Assembly (NCBI GenBank): GCA_031426555.1
Contig: JANPLN010000067.1
Location: forward strand, 1 to 64,000
DNA from: Bdellovibrionales bacterium
GTDB lineage: Bacteria; Bdellovibrionota; Bdellovibrionia; Bdellovibrionales; JAGQZY01
Length of the DNA stretch: 64,000 nucleotides
Direction of reading: 5' to 3'
The notes beneath the pieces were generated by a model. That model was not told the origin of the DNA. It searched no databases and worked only from the letters and a program-made list of their open reading frames with translations. A program made the position numbers and the translations under genes. Positions 38,208 to 48,563 of this stretch are shown here, in pieces. How positions within the stretch are numbered: the first letter of the stretch is position 1; each line of letters opens with the position of its first letter.

Positions 38208-40208
38208 TTGATAGAATCTTCTCCTTTATTGTGGAAAGTCGCTGTGGATGCACCTCTGCCGCAGCTTCTCACGTATTCTTCGGACCTTGCGCTCTCTGCC
38301 GGTCAGCTGGTGGAAGTGCCGCTGGGAAAGCGCTCGACCCGTGGTCTTATCGTGCGCAAAGAAGACGTGGCCAGCGACAAATTTAAAATTAAATCTGTTT
38401 TATCATTGCTCGCAGAGTTTCCGCAATTAACCAAGGGCCAATTGGATTGGGCTCTTTGGGTCGCACAGTATTATCACTATCCGCCGGGCGAAGTGTTTTC
38501 GCTTTTTTTTCCTCAGCTTGCCAAAAAAGGCAGAGGTCCCGCAGATAAAAGCCTTTTCTCCGATACGATGTCCGACAATCAGGTCACGTTGAACGCCGAA
38601 CAGCAAAAAATTGTAAATGATGTGGCTGGATTTAGCGGCTTCTCGTCGCATCTTCTTTGGGGCGTCACTGGCTCGGGCAAAACCGAAGTTTACATCGAGC
38701 TCATCAAAAAACAACTGGAGCAAGGCCGAAGTGCTATGGTGCTTGTGCCCGAAATCGCCCTCACTCCACAACTTATCTCGCGCTTTCGCCAGCGCCTGGG
38801 CGAAAATATCGCTGTTCTGCATTCCAACCTCACCGATCGCGAGCGCACCAATCAGTGGTGGAGCGTGATCGAAAAGAAAAACCGTGTTCTTATCGGCGTG
38901 CGCTCTGCACTGTTCTGTCCCGTGCCCGATTTGGGTTTGATCGTCGTCGATGAAGAGCACGAAGGTTCTTACAAACAAGACGAAAAACTTCGCTACAATG
39001 CACGAGACTCGGCAGTGATGCGAGCGCTCCACGAAAAGATTCCCGTGATTCTGGGCACAGCAACTCCCAGCGCCGAGAGTTGGAAAAACGTTCTCGATAA
39101 AAAATACCACCTTCATGAACTCAAGCAGCGCGCCTCAAAGATGCAAATTCCGCGAATGGAAATCATCGATCTGCAAACCAATAAAGATGATGCCACGCGG
39201 GATCCGCTTCTTCCCTACTGGCTATCCACTCCGCTTTACGAAGCCCTCGCCGAAAATTATAAAACCGGTTTCCAGTCGGCTCTGTTTTTAAATCGACGAG
39301 GCATCGCGCAAACTGTTTTATGCAATGATTGCGGGTTTATTTACAAATGTCCAAATTGCGAAATTTCCCTTACCTTGCACGGCCAAAATCATCTTGTCTG
39401 TCACTACTGCGACTACTCACAAGCCATGGCCTACAAATGCCCTGACTGCAAAGTCGGAACAATTAAACCCATTGGCCTGGGCACAGAGCAAATTCAAAAT
39501 GATGTGCAAAAATTGTTTCCGCAGGCAAACGTCATGCGCGTTGATCGCGACGAAATCGATTCGCGAGAGAGAATGGAAGATTTTGTCGCCAAGATGGAAT
39601 CGAAAGAGGTGCAAATCCTCGTCGGCACACAAATGATTGCCAAGGGCTTGGATTTTGAAAATCTCACCCTCGTTGGAGTTGTGCTCGCAGATATTGGTTT
39701 TCATATTCCCGATTTCCGCGCCTCCGAACGAAGTTTTCAATTGCTCACACAAGTGAGTGGGCGTTCAGGTCGACACCACCCTGGTGCCGTTTTTGTGCAA
39801 ACCTACAGACCCGATCATCCAAGTTTGATCCATGCACAAAAACAGGATGTGGCAGGATTTTTAAATGCGGCTCTTGAGGAGCGCAGAGAATTATCATACC
39901 CACCGTATTTTCGTATGGCCTGCCTCAAAATTTCCGGACTCGACGAAAAAGAAGTCCGTGGACAGGCGCAAAATCTATCTTTAAAAATTAAATCCTATGC
40001 AGCAACCCTCAACCCCGAAGTCAAAGTCTTAGGACCAGCTCCCGCGCCTTTATTTAAGTTGCGCCAGCGCTATCGTTTTCAAATTCTATTGAAATCTGCT
40101 TCGTTGCAATCGCTCGATAGAGCTTTGCAGTATGTCAGTCATCTGAGTGGTGATGAGTTCAAAAAATTGCGAATTCAAATTGATATGGACCCTTACAATT
40201 TAATGTAG
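38208..40208 (+). CDS. priA: Primosomal protein N' (replication restart helicase)
   Basis: GVTGSGKTEVY, DEEHE, NRRG, four CxxC motifs and GTQMIAKGLDF. Confidence 0.97.
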   Translation: MIESSPLLWKVAVDAPLPQLLTYSSDLALSAGQLVEVPLGKRSTRGLIVRKEDVASDKFKIKSVLSLLAEFPQLTKGQLDWALWVAQYYHYPPGEVFSLFFPQLAKKGRGPADKSLFSDTMSDNQVTLNAEQQKIVNDVAGFSGFSSHLLWGVTGSGKTEVYIELIKKQLEQGRSAMVLVPEIALTPQLISRFRQRLGENIAVLHSNLTDRERTNQWWSVIEKKNRVLIGVRSALFCPVPDLGLIVVDEEHEGSYKQDEKLRYNARDSAVMRALHEKIPVILGTATPSAESWKNVLDKKYHLHELKQRASKMQIPRMEIIDLQTNKDDATRDPLLPYWLSTPLYEALAENYKTGFQSALFLNRRGIAQTVLCNDCGFIYKCPNCEISLTLHGQNHLVCHYCDYSQAMAYKCPDCKVGTIKPIGLGTEQIQNDVQKLFPQANVMRVDRDEIDSRERMEDFVAKMESKEVQILVGTQMIAKGLDFENLTLVGVVLADIGFHIPDFRASERSFQLLTQVSGRSGRHHPGAVFVQTYRPDHPSLIHAQKQDVAGFLNAALEERRELSYPPYFRMACLKISGLDEKEVRGQAQNLSLKIKSYAATLNPEVKVLGPAPAPLFKLRQRYRFQILLKSASLQSLDRALQYVSHLSGDEFKKLRIQIDMDPYNLM

Positions 40209-40220
40209 CATGATGGAAGT

Positions 40221-41078
40221 ATGTCGAATTTAGAAGCAGAATCTGGTTGTCCTCAATGCGGTGTTAGCACCACGCTTCTTCATCCCATCGAAGAGGGCCT
40301 GCGACTGCGCCTCGAAAAAGAAGGAACTCCTATCTTGTTCGCAGCCGTATGCACAAGCTGCTTCAAAATTCTGTCCAAAAAGCTCTCAAGTGCAACGCTG
40401 ATGCAGGCCGAGAGAACAATTCAATCCAACCACAAAAAAAATCTTTGGCAGCATCGACTGGCCCTGATTAAACAGGCGCATGTTTTTATTGGTCGAAAAG
40501 AACACTCCGAGGCTGCGGTTTGCTTCGAAAAATACTTTAAAATTTTGCAGTTGGTTTACGAGAAAGATTTCACTGAACTTGATGCGACGATGTTTGGCGA
40601 TAACCCTAAGGAAGTCACAGTGATGTGCAGCTCGCTTTGGGCCCTTGTCGAAATTTATGATCTCCACGCACAGTACAAAGAGCGCCAGGAAGCCTGCGCT
40701 AAAAAGGTGGGCGAGCTTATGCCGTACACCAATCTTTTTGCGAATCTTGCAAAGAATGCGGCAATAAAAGCCCGGCAGGGTAATAATCCGGCGGCCTATC
40801 GTAAACTTCTGCAAGCCGCGAATATTAAAACTGGAAACTGTTTTATCGCCTCCATCGCCTTCGAAGACCGCAATGACCCCACATTGGTCATACTTCGACA
40901 GTTTCGCAGTCAAGTTTTAATACGCACATCGGCAGGCAAAAATTGTGTGCGCGCTTACTACCGCTATTCACCGGCCCTGGCCAACCGATTGCAACATTTT
41001 TCAGCTGTAAAATTAATTCTCCGACGAGTCTTACCGGTCTTAGCTCAAATTTTAAAATATCTTTTCAAACTGCACTAA
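40221..41078 (+). CDS. CFI-box-CTERM domain protein with N-terminal CxxC/CxxC
   Basis: C-terminal NCFIASIAF..LRQFR..GK..V..YYRYSPALA; N-terminal CPQC…CTSC. Confidence 0.75.
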   Translation: MSNLEAESGCPQCGVSTTLLHPIEEGLRLRLEKEGTPILFAAVCTSCFKILSKKLSSATLMQAERTIQSNHKKNLWQHRLALIKQAHVFIGRKEHSEAAVCFEKYFKILQLVYEKDFTELDATMFGDNPKEVTVMCSSLWALVEIYDLHAQYKERQEACAKKVGELMPYTNLFANLAKNAAIKARQGNNPAAYRKLLQAANIKTGNCFIASIAFEDRNDPTLVILRQFRSQVLIRTSAGKNCVRAYYRYSPALANRLQHFSAVKLILRRVLPVLAQILKYLFKLH

Positions 41079-41101
41079 CTATGGTCTTTTAAAGACAGAT
41101 T

Positions 41102-42160
41102 ATGAGTAAAAATAAATACGACTTTATCGTCATAGGTTCTGGCATCGAAGCGCTGCTCAAATGCCTTGAGCTTGAACAAACCGGTCTCTCTGGATGCATC
41201 ATCGAAAAAGAAGACACCCTGGGTGGGCTTTTTCGGGGTCTTCGCAGCAACGAAGTGCTCTTTGAGTCCCATCTTCCGTTCATGGATGATTCGCTCGAAG
41301 TTCGCCCCCTTGCAGACCAACTCTGCGCAACCATAGACGCTCTCACCTACGAAACAAAAGATCTAGGCCCACTGACCTTCCACAACGGTCAAATTCAGCC
41401 ATTTATGGGCTTTGGCGAAACCAGCAACCTGGCGGTCGACGTCTATTCTTATTTTTCGCAGGCAAAAACTCTGCACTTTTCGCAAAGCTTCAGCGCCATG
41501 GCACAAAAACTTCGCGAAAAACTCACCTGCGAAATTTTCAATCAAAGCGAGGTCACGGCGCTGGAGTTGGAACCGCAAGTGCAAGTGACCATCAACGGAT
41601 CCACCGTTTTGCTTTCCGAAGACCTTTATTTTTACGATTCCCCCCTCAAACTTTCCAAGTTGCTTTCCGTCAGCAAAACGAACCTTCCTAAGAACCTAGT
41701 TCCTAAACTTTCAAAAACGCAGTTGTGGACAGCCATTAGTTTGGTCTACCGCCATCACCGTCCTGTCACGGAAACCTCCGCCATACATGTTCTTTACGGC
41801 GCCAAAGAGCTCCCCTGCTTGGGACGTTTTCAAAATGAGTTTGGCGTACCTACCTCGCAATGGCTGTGTTTGGTGAGTGCCGAAGAAGCGGCGGACAGTG
41901 AATCCCTGGGAACGACATTGCGCGAAATGAAAAAGCAAATCAAACGCATGTATCCGGTGTTTTTGGAAACAGTGGAGCAGGAAAACATCTTTATCGCGCC
42001 TGATTCCTATGGAACTGTAAATACTCAGCTTTTAGAAAACGATCGGTTTCCTAAAGTAAACCGACTGCATGTGGGTTCTCGTTATTATGCCGGGCACCCC
42101 ACCCTCTGGGGAAAGCTCGCGCCGGGAGCGGATTCAAGGGACTTAACGCAAAGCGTTTAG
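41102..42160 (+). CDS. FAD/NAD(P)-binding oxidoreductase-like protein
   Basis: YDFIVIGSG…IIEKEDTLGG Rossmann start, with the third Gly replaced by Ala. Confidence 0.6.
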   Translation: MSKNKYDFIVIGSGIEALLKCLELEQTGLSGCIIEKEDTLGGLFRGLRSNEVLFESHLPFMDDSLEVRPLADQLCATIDALTYETKDLGPLTFHNGQIQPFMGFGETSNLAVDVYSYFSQAKTLHFSQSFSAMAQKLREKLTCEIFNQSEVTALELEPQVQVTINGSTVLLSEDLYFYDSPLKLSKLLSVSKTNLPKNLVPKLSKTQLWTAISLVYRHHRPVTETSAIHVLYGAKELPCLGRFQNEFGVPTSQWLCLVSAEEAADSESLGTTLREMKKQIKRMYPVFLETVEQENIFIAPDSYGTVNTQLLENDRFPKVNRLHVGSRYYAGHPTLWGKLAPGADSRDLTQSV

Positions 42161-42233
42161 GTCCATAAACCCCTGCTTTTTTTAAACCTTCTATGTTACC
42201 CCCTTCTTACGTCAAATTGGCGAAACTATAACT

Positions 42234-42296
42234 CACTTTTCGGACTCCGCTGGTGCCGGGCGCTCTTTGCAGCGATTACGGTTCTCTGAAAAGGTG
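42234..42296 (+). promoter_or_regulatory. Structured rpsB 5' leader (possible S2 autoregulatory element)
   Basis: CACTTTTCGGA pairs with TCTGAAAAGGTG upstream of the AAGGAGG RBS; rpsB leaders are known autoregulatory RNAs. Confidence 0.4.
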
Positions 42297-42320
42297 GAAT
42301 AACCAGCAAGGAGGAATATT

Positions 42321-43328
42321 ATGAGTCTTACTATGAAGGATATGCTTGATGCCGGTGTCCATTTCGGTCACCAAAAAGAGCGTTGGAATCCAAAAATGAA
42401 GCCGTTTGTTTACACATCTCGCGGCGGAATTCACATCATCGATCTACAAAAAACTCTCGCAAAAGCCAAAGAGGCTATGCAATTTGTAGAGAACATGGCA
42501 GCTGATGGTCAGCGTCTGATTTTTGTCGGAACAAAAAAGCAAGCTGAAGAAACAATCCAAGCGGCTGCGAACCGATGCGGTCAGTACTTTGTGACTAAAC
42601 GTTGGCTCGGTGGCACCCTTACTAACTTCGTTACCATTAAACAGAGTATTGATCGTCTAAAAAAGATCGATCAAATGCGCGAAAAAGGCGAACTTGATTT
42701 CTTTTCAAAAAAAGAGCGCTCAAGCATGGAAAAAGAATACATGAAGTTGAACGATTACCTTCAGGGTATTCGCGACATGAAAGAGCCTGCTGGAATGTTG
42801 TTTGTTGTTGATATCAACAAAGAGCATATCGCGGTTTTAGAGGCCAAAAAACTTGGCATCAAAGTGGTTGGTCTTTGTGATACAAACTCTGATCCTAATC
42901 TTATTGATTATCCAATTCCAGCGAACGACGACGCCATTCGCTCCATCAAACTTTTTAGCGAAATGATTGCCGACGCTTACGAAGCCGGCGCTAAAAAATA
43001 CGAACAGGTTCTTCGCACGCGCACAGATAAACAATCTGACGTGGAAAAAGAGCAAAAAGACACTGCGGCACCTCAGGATAAGGGACGACCTCAGCGTGGC
43101 GGTAAAAAAGAAGCAGCACCTGCTGTTGCCGTTAAACCTGCCGGTCCAAATGTTGTAAAAGCAACTAAAGGCCGTAAGCTCGTAGCTGCCGGAACTGCCG
43201 ATGACATCGAAATCCTTGCCGAGGTTGAACAAGAAATTTCAACCGCCGTCATCGAAAAAGAACAAGACTCAGCTGTAGCAAATGAAGCAAAAGTAGCTAA
43301 AGAAGCTGCTGCAGCGCCAAAAGAATAG
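42321..43328 (+). CDS. rpsB: 30S ribosomal protein S2 with long C-terminal extension
   Basis: AGVHFGHQ, FVGTKKQA, RWLGGTLTN and PANDDAIRSI motifs. Confidence 0.98.
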   Translation: MSLTMKDMLDAGVHFGHQKERWNPKMKPFVYTSRGGIHIIDLQKTLAKAKEAMQFVENMAADGQRLIFVGTKKQAEETIQAAANRCGQYFVTKRWLGGTLTNFVTIKQSIDRLKKIDQMREKGELDFFSKKERSSMEKEYMKLNDYLQGIRDMKEPAGMLFVVDINKEHIAVLEAKKLGIKVVGLCDTNSDPNLIDYPIPANDDAIRSIKLFSEMIADAYEAGAKKYEQVLRTRTDKQSDVEKEQKDTAAPQDKGRPQRGGKKEAAPAVAVKPAGPNVVKATKGRKLVAAGTADDIEILAEVEQEISTAVIEKEQDSAVANEAKVAKEAAAAPKE

Positions 43329-43338
43329 GAGCACGCCC

Positions 43339-43989
43339 ATGTCTATTTCCGCACAAATGGTTAAAGAATTGCGCGATCGCACCAGCGCAGGAATGCTTGA
43401 TTGTAAAAAAGCCCTCGAGGAAAACTCGGGGGATTTTGACAAAGCCATCGATTGGCTTCGTCAAAAAGGTTTAAGCAAAGCTGCGAAGAAGGCCGGACGT
43501 GTGGCTTCAGAAGGTCTTGTTTACTCTTACATTCACGGCGAAGGCCGCATTGGTGTGTTGGTGGAAATCAATTCCGAAACTGATTTCGTGGCTCGCAACG
43601 ATGAATTCAAAACTTTTGCACAAGACATTGCTATGCACATTGCTGCCGCAAACCCTCTCGCTGTTTCCGACGCTGAAATCCCCGCTCCATTGATTGAAAA
43701 AGAACGCAGTGTTATGCGTGCAACAAATCTTGAATCTGGCAAAAAGCCCGAAATGGTCGATAAGATCGTCGATGGTCAAATTAAAAAATGGCTCGCTGAA
43801 AGCTGCTTGCTGAGCCAAAAGTACATTAAAAATCCCGACATCACTGTTTCAGATCATGTACAAAACACCATCGCTCGAATTGGTGAAAACATTGTTGTTC
43901 GACGTTTTGCTCGCTATGAACTTGGTGAAGGCATCGAAAAGCAAGAATCCAACTTCGCAGACGAAGTGGCCGCACAACTTAAACAGTAA
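43339..43989 (+). CDS. tsf: Elongation factor Ts (short form)
   Basis: [19 protein letters not shown] and [10 protein letters not shown] motifs. Confidence 0.98.
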   Translation: MSISAQMVKELRDRTSAGMLDCKKALEENSGDFDKAIDWLRQKGLSKAAKKAGRVASEGLVYSYIHGEGRIGVLVEINSETDFVARNDEFKTFAQDIAMHIAAANPLAVSDAEIPAPLIEKERSVMRATNLESGKKPEMVDKIVDGQIKKWLAESCLLSQKYIKNPDITVSDHVQNTIARIGENIVVRRFARYELGEGIEKQESNFADEVAAQLKQ

Positions 43990-43994
43990 AGCAG

Positions 43995-44711
43995 GTGCCC
44001 GTGGCGCTTAAGTACAAACGTATACTTCTCAAACTCAGTGGGGAGGCCCTCGCAGGCCCCCAAGGTTTTGGAATCAGCACCGATAACATTTTGCAAATTG
44101 CCAAGGATATTCGATCCATTCAAAATCTCGGTGTCGAAATCGGCATCGTGATTGGTGGCGGGAATATTTTTCGTGGCATTGCCGCCTCTGCCAATGGCAT
44201 GGACCGTGCGAGCTCCGATTACATGGGAATGTTGGCGACGTGCATGAATGCGCTGGCTCTTCAAGATTCTCTTGAAAAAGAGGGAATGAAAACGCGAGTT
44301 CTTTCGGCCATCGAAATGGCACAAATTGCAGAGCCTTACATCCGAAGACGCGCCGTACGCCACCTCGAAAAAGGTCGCATCGTCATTTTTGCTTCCGGAA
44401 CGGGTAATCCCTATTTTACGACTGATACCGCCGCAGCTCTTCGCGGAATGGAAATTCATGCGGAAGTCCTGCTGAAAGCTACGAATGTCGATGGTACTTA
44501 CGACAAGGATCCAAAAAAATTCTCAGATGCCATTAAGTACGAGTCCCTCACTCACCGCGAAGCACTCAACAAGGGTTTGCAAGTGATGGATTCAACGGCC
44601 TTAAGCCTTTGCATGGATAATAAGCTACCAATTATCACTTTTAAATTGATGGAAAAAGGAAATTTGCTCAAAGTTCTGATGGGCGAAAAGATCGGAACTG
44701 TGATCAACTAA
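43995..44711 (+). CDS. pyrH: Uridylate kinase
   Basis: [17 protein letters not shown] and [11 protein letters not shown] motifs. Confidence 0.98.
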   Translation: MPVALKYKRILLKLSGEALAGPQGFGISTDNILQIAKDIRSIQNLGVEIGIVIGGGNIFRGIAASANGMDRASSDYMGMLATCMNALALQDSLEKEGMKTRVLSAIEMAQIAEPYIRRRAVRHLEKGRIVIFASGTGNPYFTTDTAAALRGMEIHAEVLLKATNVDGTYDKDPKKFSDAIKYESLTHREALNKGLQVMDSTALSLCMDNKLPIITFKLMEKGNLLKVLMGEKIGTVIN

Positions 44712-44724
44712 AAAGGGGTTCAGC

Positions 44725-45288
44725 ATGATTAGTGTCAACGATTTAAATAAAAATACCGAAACCAAGATGAAAACCGCCATCGCGGCGCTTGGTAACGAAT
44801 TTAAAAAGATTCGCACCGGCCGCGCACAGGTAACAATGCTCGACGCTGTTCGCGTGGACTATTACGGCAATCCAACTCCCCTCAATCAGGTCGCCTCAGT
44901 CACTTGCCCCGATGCCCGTAGTTTTTTGATCACTCCCTGGGAAGCTTCTGTTTTAAAGGCCATCGAAAACGCCATCGTAAAAAGTGATGTGGGTATGGCG
45001 CCAATCAACGACGGGAAAGCTGTTCGCCTTCGCCTTCCTGATTTGACTGAAGACCGACGCAAAGAACTGGTAAAACAGTCTAAGAAAGCTGTGGAAGACG
45101 CGAAGGTCGCAGTTCGCATGGCTCGCCGAGATGCCAACGAAGAATTAAAAATTGCTTTGAAAGACAAAGTGATTTCCGAAGATCAAAACAAGCAGTATTT
45201 GGATGATATTCAAAAGATGACGGACAAATACACTGCAGACGTTGATAAGTTGTCTGCTGATAAAGAAAAAGAAATTATGACAATATGA
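44725..45288 (+). CDS. frr: Ribosome recycling factor
   Basis: IRTGRA, DYYG.PTPLNQVA and LTEDRRKELVK motifs. Confidence 0.98.
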   Translation: MISVNDLNKNTETKMKTAIAALGNEFKKIRTGRAQVTMLDAVRVDYYGNPTPLNQVASVTCPDARSFLITPWEASVLKAIENAIVKSDVGMAPINDGKAVRLRLPDLTEDRRKELVKQSKKAVEDAKVAVRMARRDANEELKIALKDKVISEDQNKQYLDDIQKMTDKYTADVDKLSADKEKEIMTI

Positions 45289-46028
45289 TGCAGGCACAGA
45301 GTTTATCTCTGCCTCAGCATCTTGCCATCATTATGGATGGAAACGGGCGCTGGGCGGAGCGCAGAAGAAAAAATCGATTTATGGGCCACTTCAAGGGTAC
45401 GCGAGTGGCCAAACAAATCATCGAGGAATGCTCTCGCCTAGGCTTAGCAAACCTCACTCTTTATACATTCAGCACTGAAAACTGGTCGCGCCCCATTCAG
45501 GAAGTTTCGTTTTTAATGAAGCTTCTTGCAAAATATCTTTCTAAAGAACGACAGACTCTCATCGATAACAATATTCGTTTTCAATGCATTGGACAGGTGG
45601 ACCGCCTACCCTCGTTCGCTCAAGAAGAAATCACCAAGACGATTTTGGCCACACAAAAAAACACCGGTATGAATTTGTTTTTCGCTCTCAGCTACGGCGG
45701 TCGGCAGGAAATCTTACAGGCTGCAAAAACCTTTGCAGCACTTGTGAAGGCTGGCAAGTTGTCTCCCGAAGATCTTACAGAAGAGCGTTTTGCGACGTTT
45801 TTAAATACGTACCCGACGCCCGACCCAGATATGATCATCCGCACGAGCGGTGAGATGAGACTTTCTAATTTCCTCACGTGGCAATCGGTTTACAGTGAAA
45901 TCTTCGTTACACATACCTTATGGCCCGACTTCACAAAAGACGATCTGCACCAGGCGCTGATTCAGTATAAAACGCGGGAGCGTCGTTTTGGAAAAACCTC
46001 TTCGCAGATTCTCGAAAGCAATCTGTAA
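45285..46028 (+). CDS. uppS: Undecaprenyl diphosphate synthase
   Basis: IMDGNGRWA, FSTENWSRP and IRTSGEMRLSNFL motifs. Confidence 0.97.
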   Translation: MMQAQSLSLPQHLAIIMDGNGRWAERRRKNRFMGHFKGTRVAKQIIEECSRLGLANLTLYTFSTENWSRPIQEVSFLMKLLAKYLSKERQTLIDNNIRFQCIGQVDRLPSFAQEEITKTILATQKNTGMNLFFALSYGGRQEILQAAKTFAALVKAGKLSPEDLTEERFATFLNTYPTPDPDMIIRTSGEMRLSNFLTWQSVYSEIFVTHTLWPDFTKDDLHQALIQYKTRERRFGKTSSQILESNL

Positions 46029-46034
46029 TTTCCT

Positions 46035-46856
46035 ATGACAACACTACTCCGCAGAGTTATTTCAGGTTTTGCTGCCCTAGGAATCCTCCTCGGTACGCTG
46101 TTCTGGGGAGGCACGATTGGACTCGCTTGTCTTGGCAGCTTTGTCGTAGCCATTGCCGCTATTGAATACGCTTTGCTTTTTGAGCGTGTCTCCCTGTGGT
46201 TTTCGTCGTTTTTAGTATTTTTCTCTTTCGTTTACCTCACGCAAGTGATTCATCCGGAGTACGCAGTTGCGGTGTTGAGTATCAGTTTTATTCTGACTTC
46301 CTCTTTGGGAATTTGTCTTTTTCATCACCTGGATCCGCAACAGATGTTGGCAAAGCTGCAATGGCCCTTGATGGGACTTTTGTATGTGGGACTTTTTCCC
46401 GCACTTGCCATCCAAATTCTCTACGAAACGGGTTGGCCGCTATTAATTTTTCTTTTAGTCACTGTTTTCTTTGGCGATATTTTCGCCTTCTTTTTTGGCT
46501 TGTACTGGGGCGGAAAAAAACTGTTTCCACAAATATCTCCTAAAAAAACAATTTCTGGAAGCTTTGGCGGCCTGGTTGGTTCACTCGTTTGTGGGGGCAC
46601 CTATCTGTATGTCTTTTCCGAGCTTCGCGATCCTTTTTTGATCTTTTTCTTATGTGTTGCCATTGGGGCTTTTGCCCAGTTGGGCGACTTTTTTGAATCC
46701 CTCCTCAAGAGAATTTCCGGAAAGAAAGATTCTGGTGCCATTATGCCCGGCCACGGTGGACTGTTAGACAGGCTCGACGGGGTTTATTTTGGTGCTCCAG
46801 TCCTGTACTTCTTCTGTTCATTTTTTGAACTTGCCTCTTATTTTCCCCACGCCTAA
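46035..46856 (+). CDS. cdsA: Phosphatidate cytidylyltransferase
   Basis: ISPKKT and GDFFESLLKR..KDSG..PGHGGLLDRLD motifs. Confidence 0.95.
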   Translation: MTTLLRRVISGFAALGILLGTLFWGGTIGLACLGSFVVAIAAIEYALLFERVSLWFSSFLVFFSFVYLTQVIHPEYAVAVLSISFILTSSLGICLFHHLDPQQMLAKLQWPLMGLLYVGLFPALAIQILYETGWPLLIFLLVTVFFGDIFAFFFGLYWGGKKLFPQISPKKTISGSFGGLVGSLVCGGTYLYVFSELRDPFLIFFLCVAIGAFAQLGDFFESLLKRISGKKDSGAIMPGHGGLLDRLDGVYFGAPVLYFFCSFFELASYFPHA

Positions 46857-46865
46857 ACTTAAACT

Positions 46866-48551
46866 ATGAATATAATCTACGATTTCCTTGCTCAAGGTGT
46901 CTCGTTTATCGTTCCAATGATCATCCTTTTGGGAGTTTTAATTTTTATTCACGAACTCGGGCATTTTGCAGTCGCAAAATACTTCAACGTGAAGGTCGAA
47001 ACTTTCAGTCTGGGTTTTGGGCCAAAAATTTGGAAAAAAACCCACGGTGAAACAACTTATTGTGTTTCTGCTATCCCCTTTGGCGGCTACGTTAAAATGT
47101 ACGGTGACGATTTTGGCGGTGAAGTTCCCGATCACATGAAAGAGCGTTCTTTTTTGCACAAGCCGATTTATCAGAGGATCGCAATTGCCCTTGCTGGTCC
47201 CTTGATGAATTTGTTTCTCGCCTATTTTTTATTTTGGGGCCTAAGTCTTATTGGCGAACAAGTGATCGCACCAAAGCTGGGTGATCTTGCAGAGAACAGC
47301 GAGGCTTTTAAATCGGAGTTTCGCTCGGGCGACCGAATCCTCGCCATCGATGGTAATGCTGTGGGACGCTGGGAAGACGTGGAAGATGCGATTCAGAGCC
47401 ATCCCAATTCCGATCTCAGTTTTCGAATTTTGCGCGAAACCCACGAAGAGCCTATGACAATCATGGTGGCTACTGGACAAGGTCCCAGCAAAAACATTTT
47501 TCACGAGGGCCGCATCGAAGGTCAAATCGAAGGCTTCGATTTTGCCTCGGATGCATCGGTCATTGGTGTTTCAGACCCGCAATCACTGTTTGGCAAGATG
47601 GGGTTTAAAACGGGAGATCAAATTGTTAAAATCAATAACGTCAAGGTCGCAAGATATCGCAGTATCAGCGATATCTTGATTAACGAAAGTTCCAACACCG
47701 AAAAGAAAATTGTTTTCGAAATCGATCGTTACGGTACAAAGCCAGGTCAAAAAGCAGAGTCCGTGAGAATCGAATGGGATCTGAACAAAAATCCACTTCC
47801 CGATCGCCCGGAAAAACTGGGCTATGAAAAACCCGAAACTTTTATTGGCGCTGTGGGTTCTAAGACGCCCGCCGAGCAAGCGGGACTGCTTGCCAATGAT
47901 CAATTTTTAAATATTAACGAAACTCCGATTCGCTCTTTTCAAGATATTGTCACAGCGGTCAGCTCGTTTAAAGAAAAAGGCGAGCCTCTCAAGGTGGTTG
48001 TTCGTCGTAATGGCGAAGTTAAAAATTTCGAAATCACGCCACAGATGACCGAAATTAAATCCGAAGTGGGAGGCCCCACCGACAAGCGATTTACGATTGG
48101 TGTTCAGCCCCTAAAATCCACACATATTGATTACATCAAGTGGCGCGCCCCAACCTTCCTTGCCTCGTTTAGTTGGGCTGCGGCCAAAACGTGGCAATGG
48201 ACACACGTTACAATTATGAGTTTTGTATTTGTGATCACCAACAAAGTTTCGCCGAAAAATCTTGGTGGTTTTATCTCCATTGGACAAATGGCACAAAAAA
48301 GTTGGCAGGCTGGCATCGACTACTTTTTGCGAATCATGGCAATTATTTCTTTGAATCTTTTCGTTTTAAACTTGTTGCCTGTGCCCGTTTTAGATGGAGG
48401 ACATATTGTTCTGTTTACGATCGAAGGCATTCGTGGTGCACCCATCAGCATCAGAAAGTTGGAAGTCGCTCAACAAATCGGAATGTTTTTGCTCCTCTCG
48501 TTGTTGGCGTTTTCTTTATTCAACGACGTCAGTCGCCTCTTCGGCTCGTAA
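46866..48551 (+). CDS. rseP: RIP metalloprotease RseP with multiple PDZ domains
   Basis: HELGH, GGYVKM, AGPLMN and NLLPVPVLDGGH motifs. Confidence 0.95.
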   Translation: MNIIYDFLAQGVSFIVPMIILLGVLIFIHELGHFAVAKYFNVKVETFSLGFGPKIWKKTHGETTYCVSAIPFGGYVKMYGDDFGGEVPDHMKERSFLHKPIYQRIAIALAGPLMNLFLAYFLFWGLSLIGEQVIAPKLGDLAENSEAFKSEFRSGDRILAIDGNAVGRWEDVEDAIQSHPNSDLSFRILRETHEEPMTIMVATGQGPSKNIFHEGRIEGQIEGFDFASDASVIGVSDPQSLFGKMGFKTGDQIVKINNVKVARYRSISDILINESSNTEKKIVFEIDRYGTKPGQKAESVRIEWDLNKNPLPDRPEKLGYEKPETFIGAVGSKTPAEQAGLLANDQFLNINETPIRSFQDIVTAVSSFKEKGEPLKVVVRRNGEVKNFEITPQMTEIKSEVGGPTDKRFTIGVQPLKSTHIDYIKWRAPTFLASFSWAAAKTWQWTHVTIMSFVFVITNKVSPKNLGGFISIGQMAQKSWQAGIDYFLRIMAIISLNLFVLNLLPVPVLDGGHIVLFTIEGIRGAPISIRKLEVAQQIGMFLLLSLLAFSLFNDVSRLFGS

Positions 48552-48563
48552 AAGAGGCGTGTT

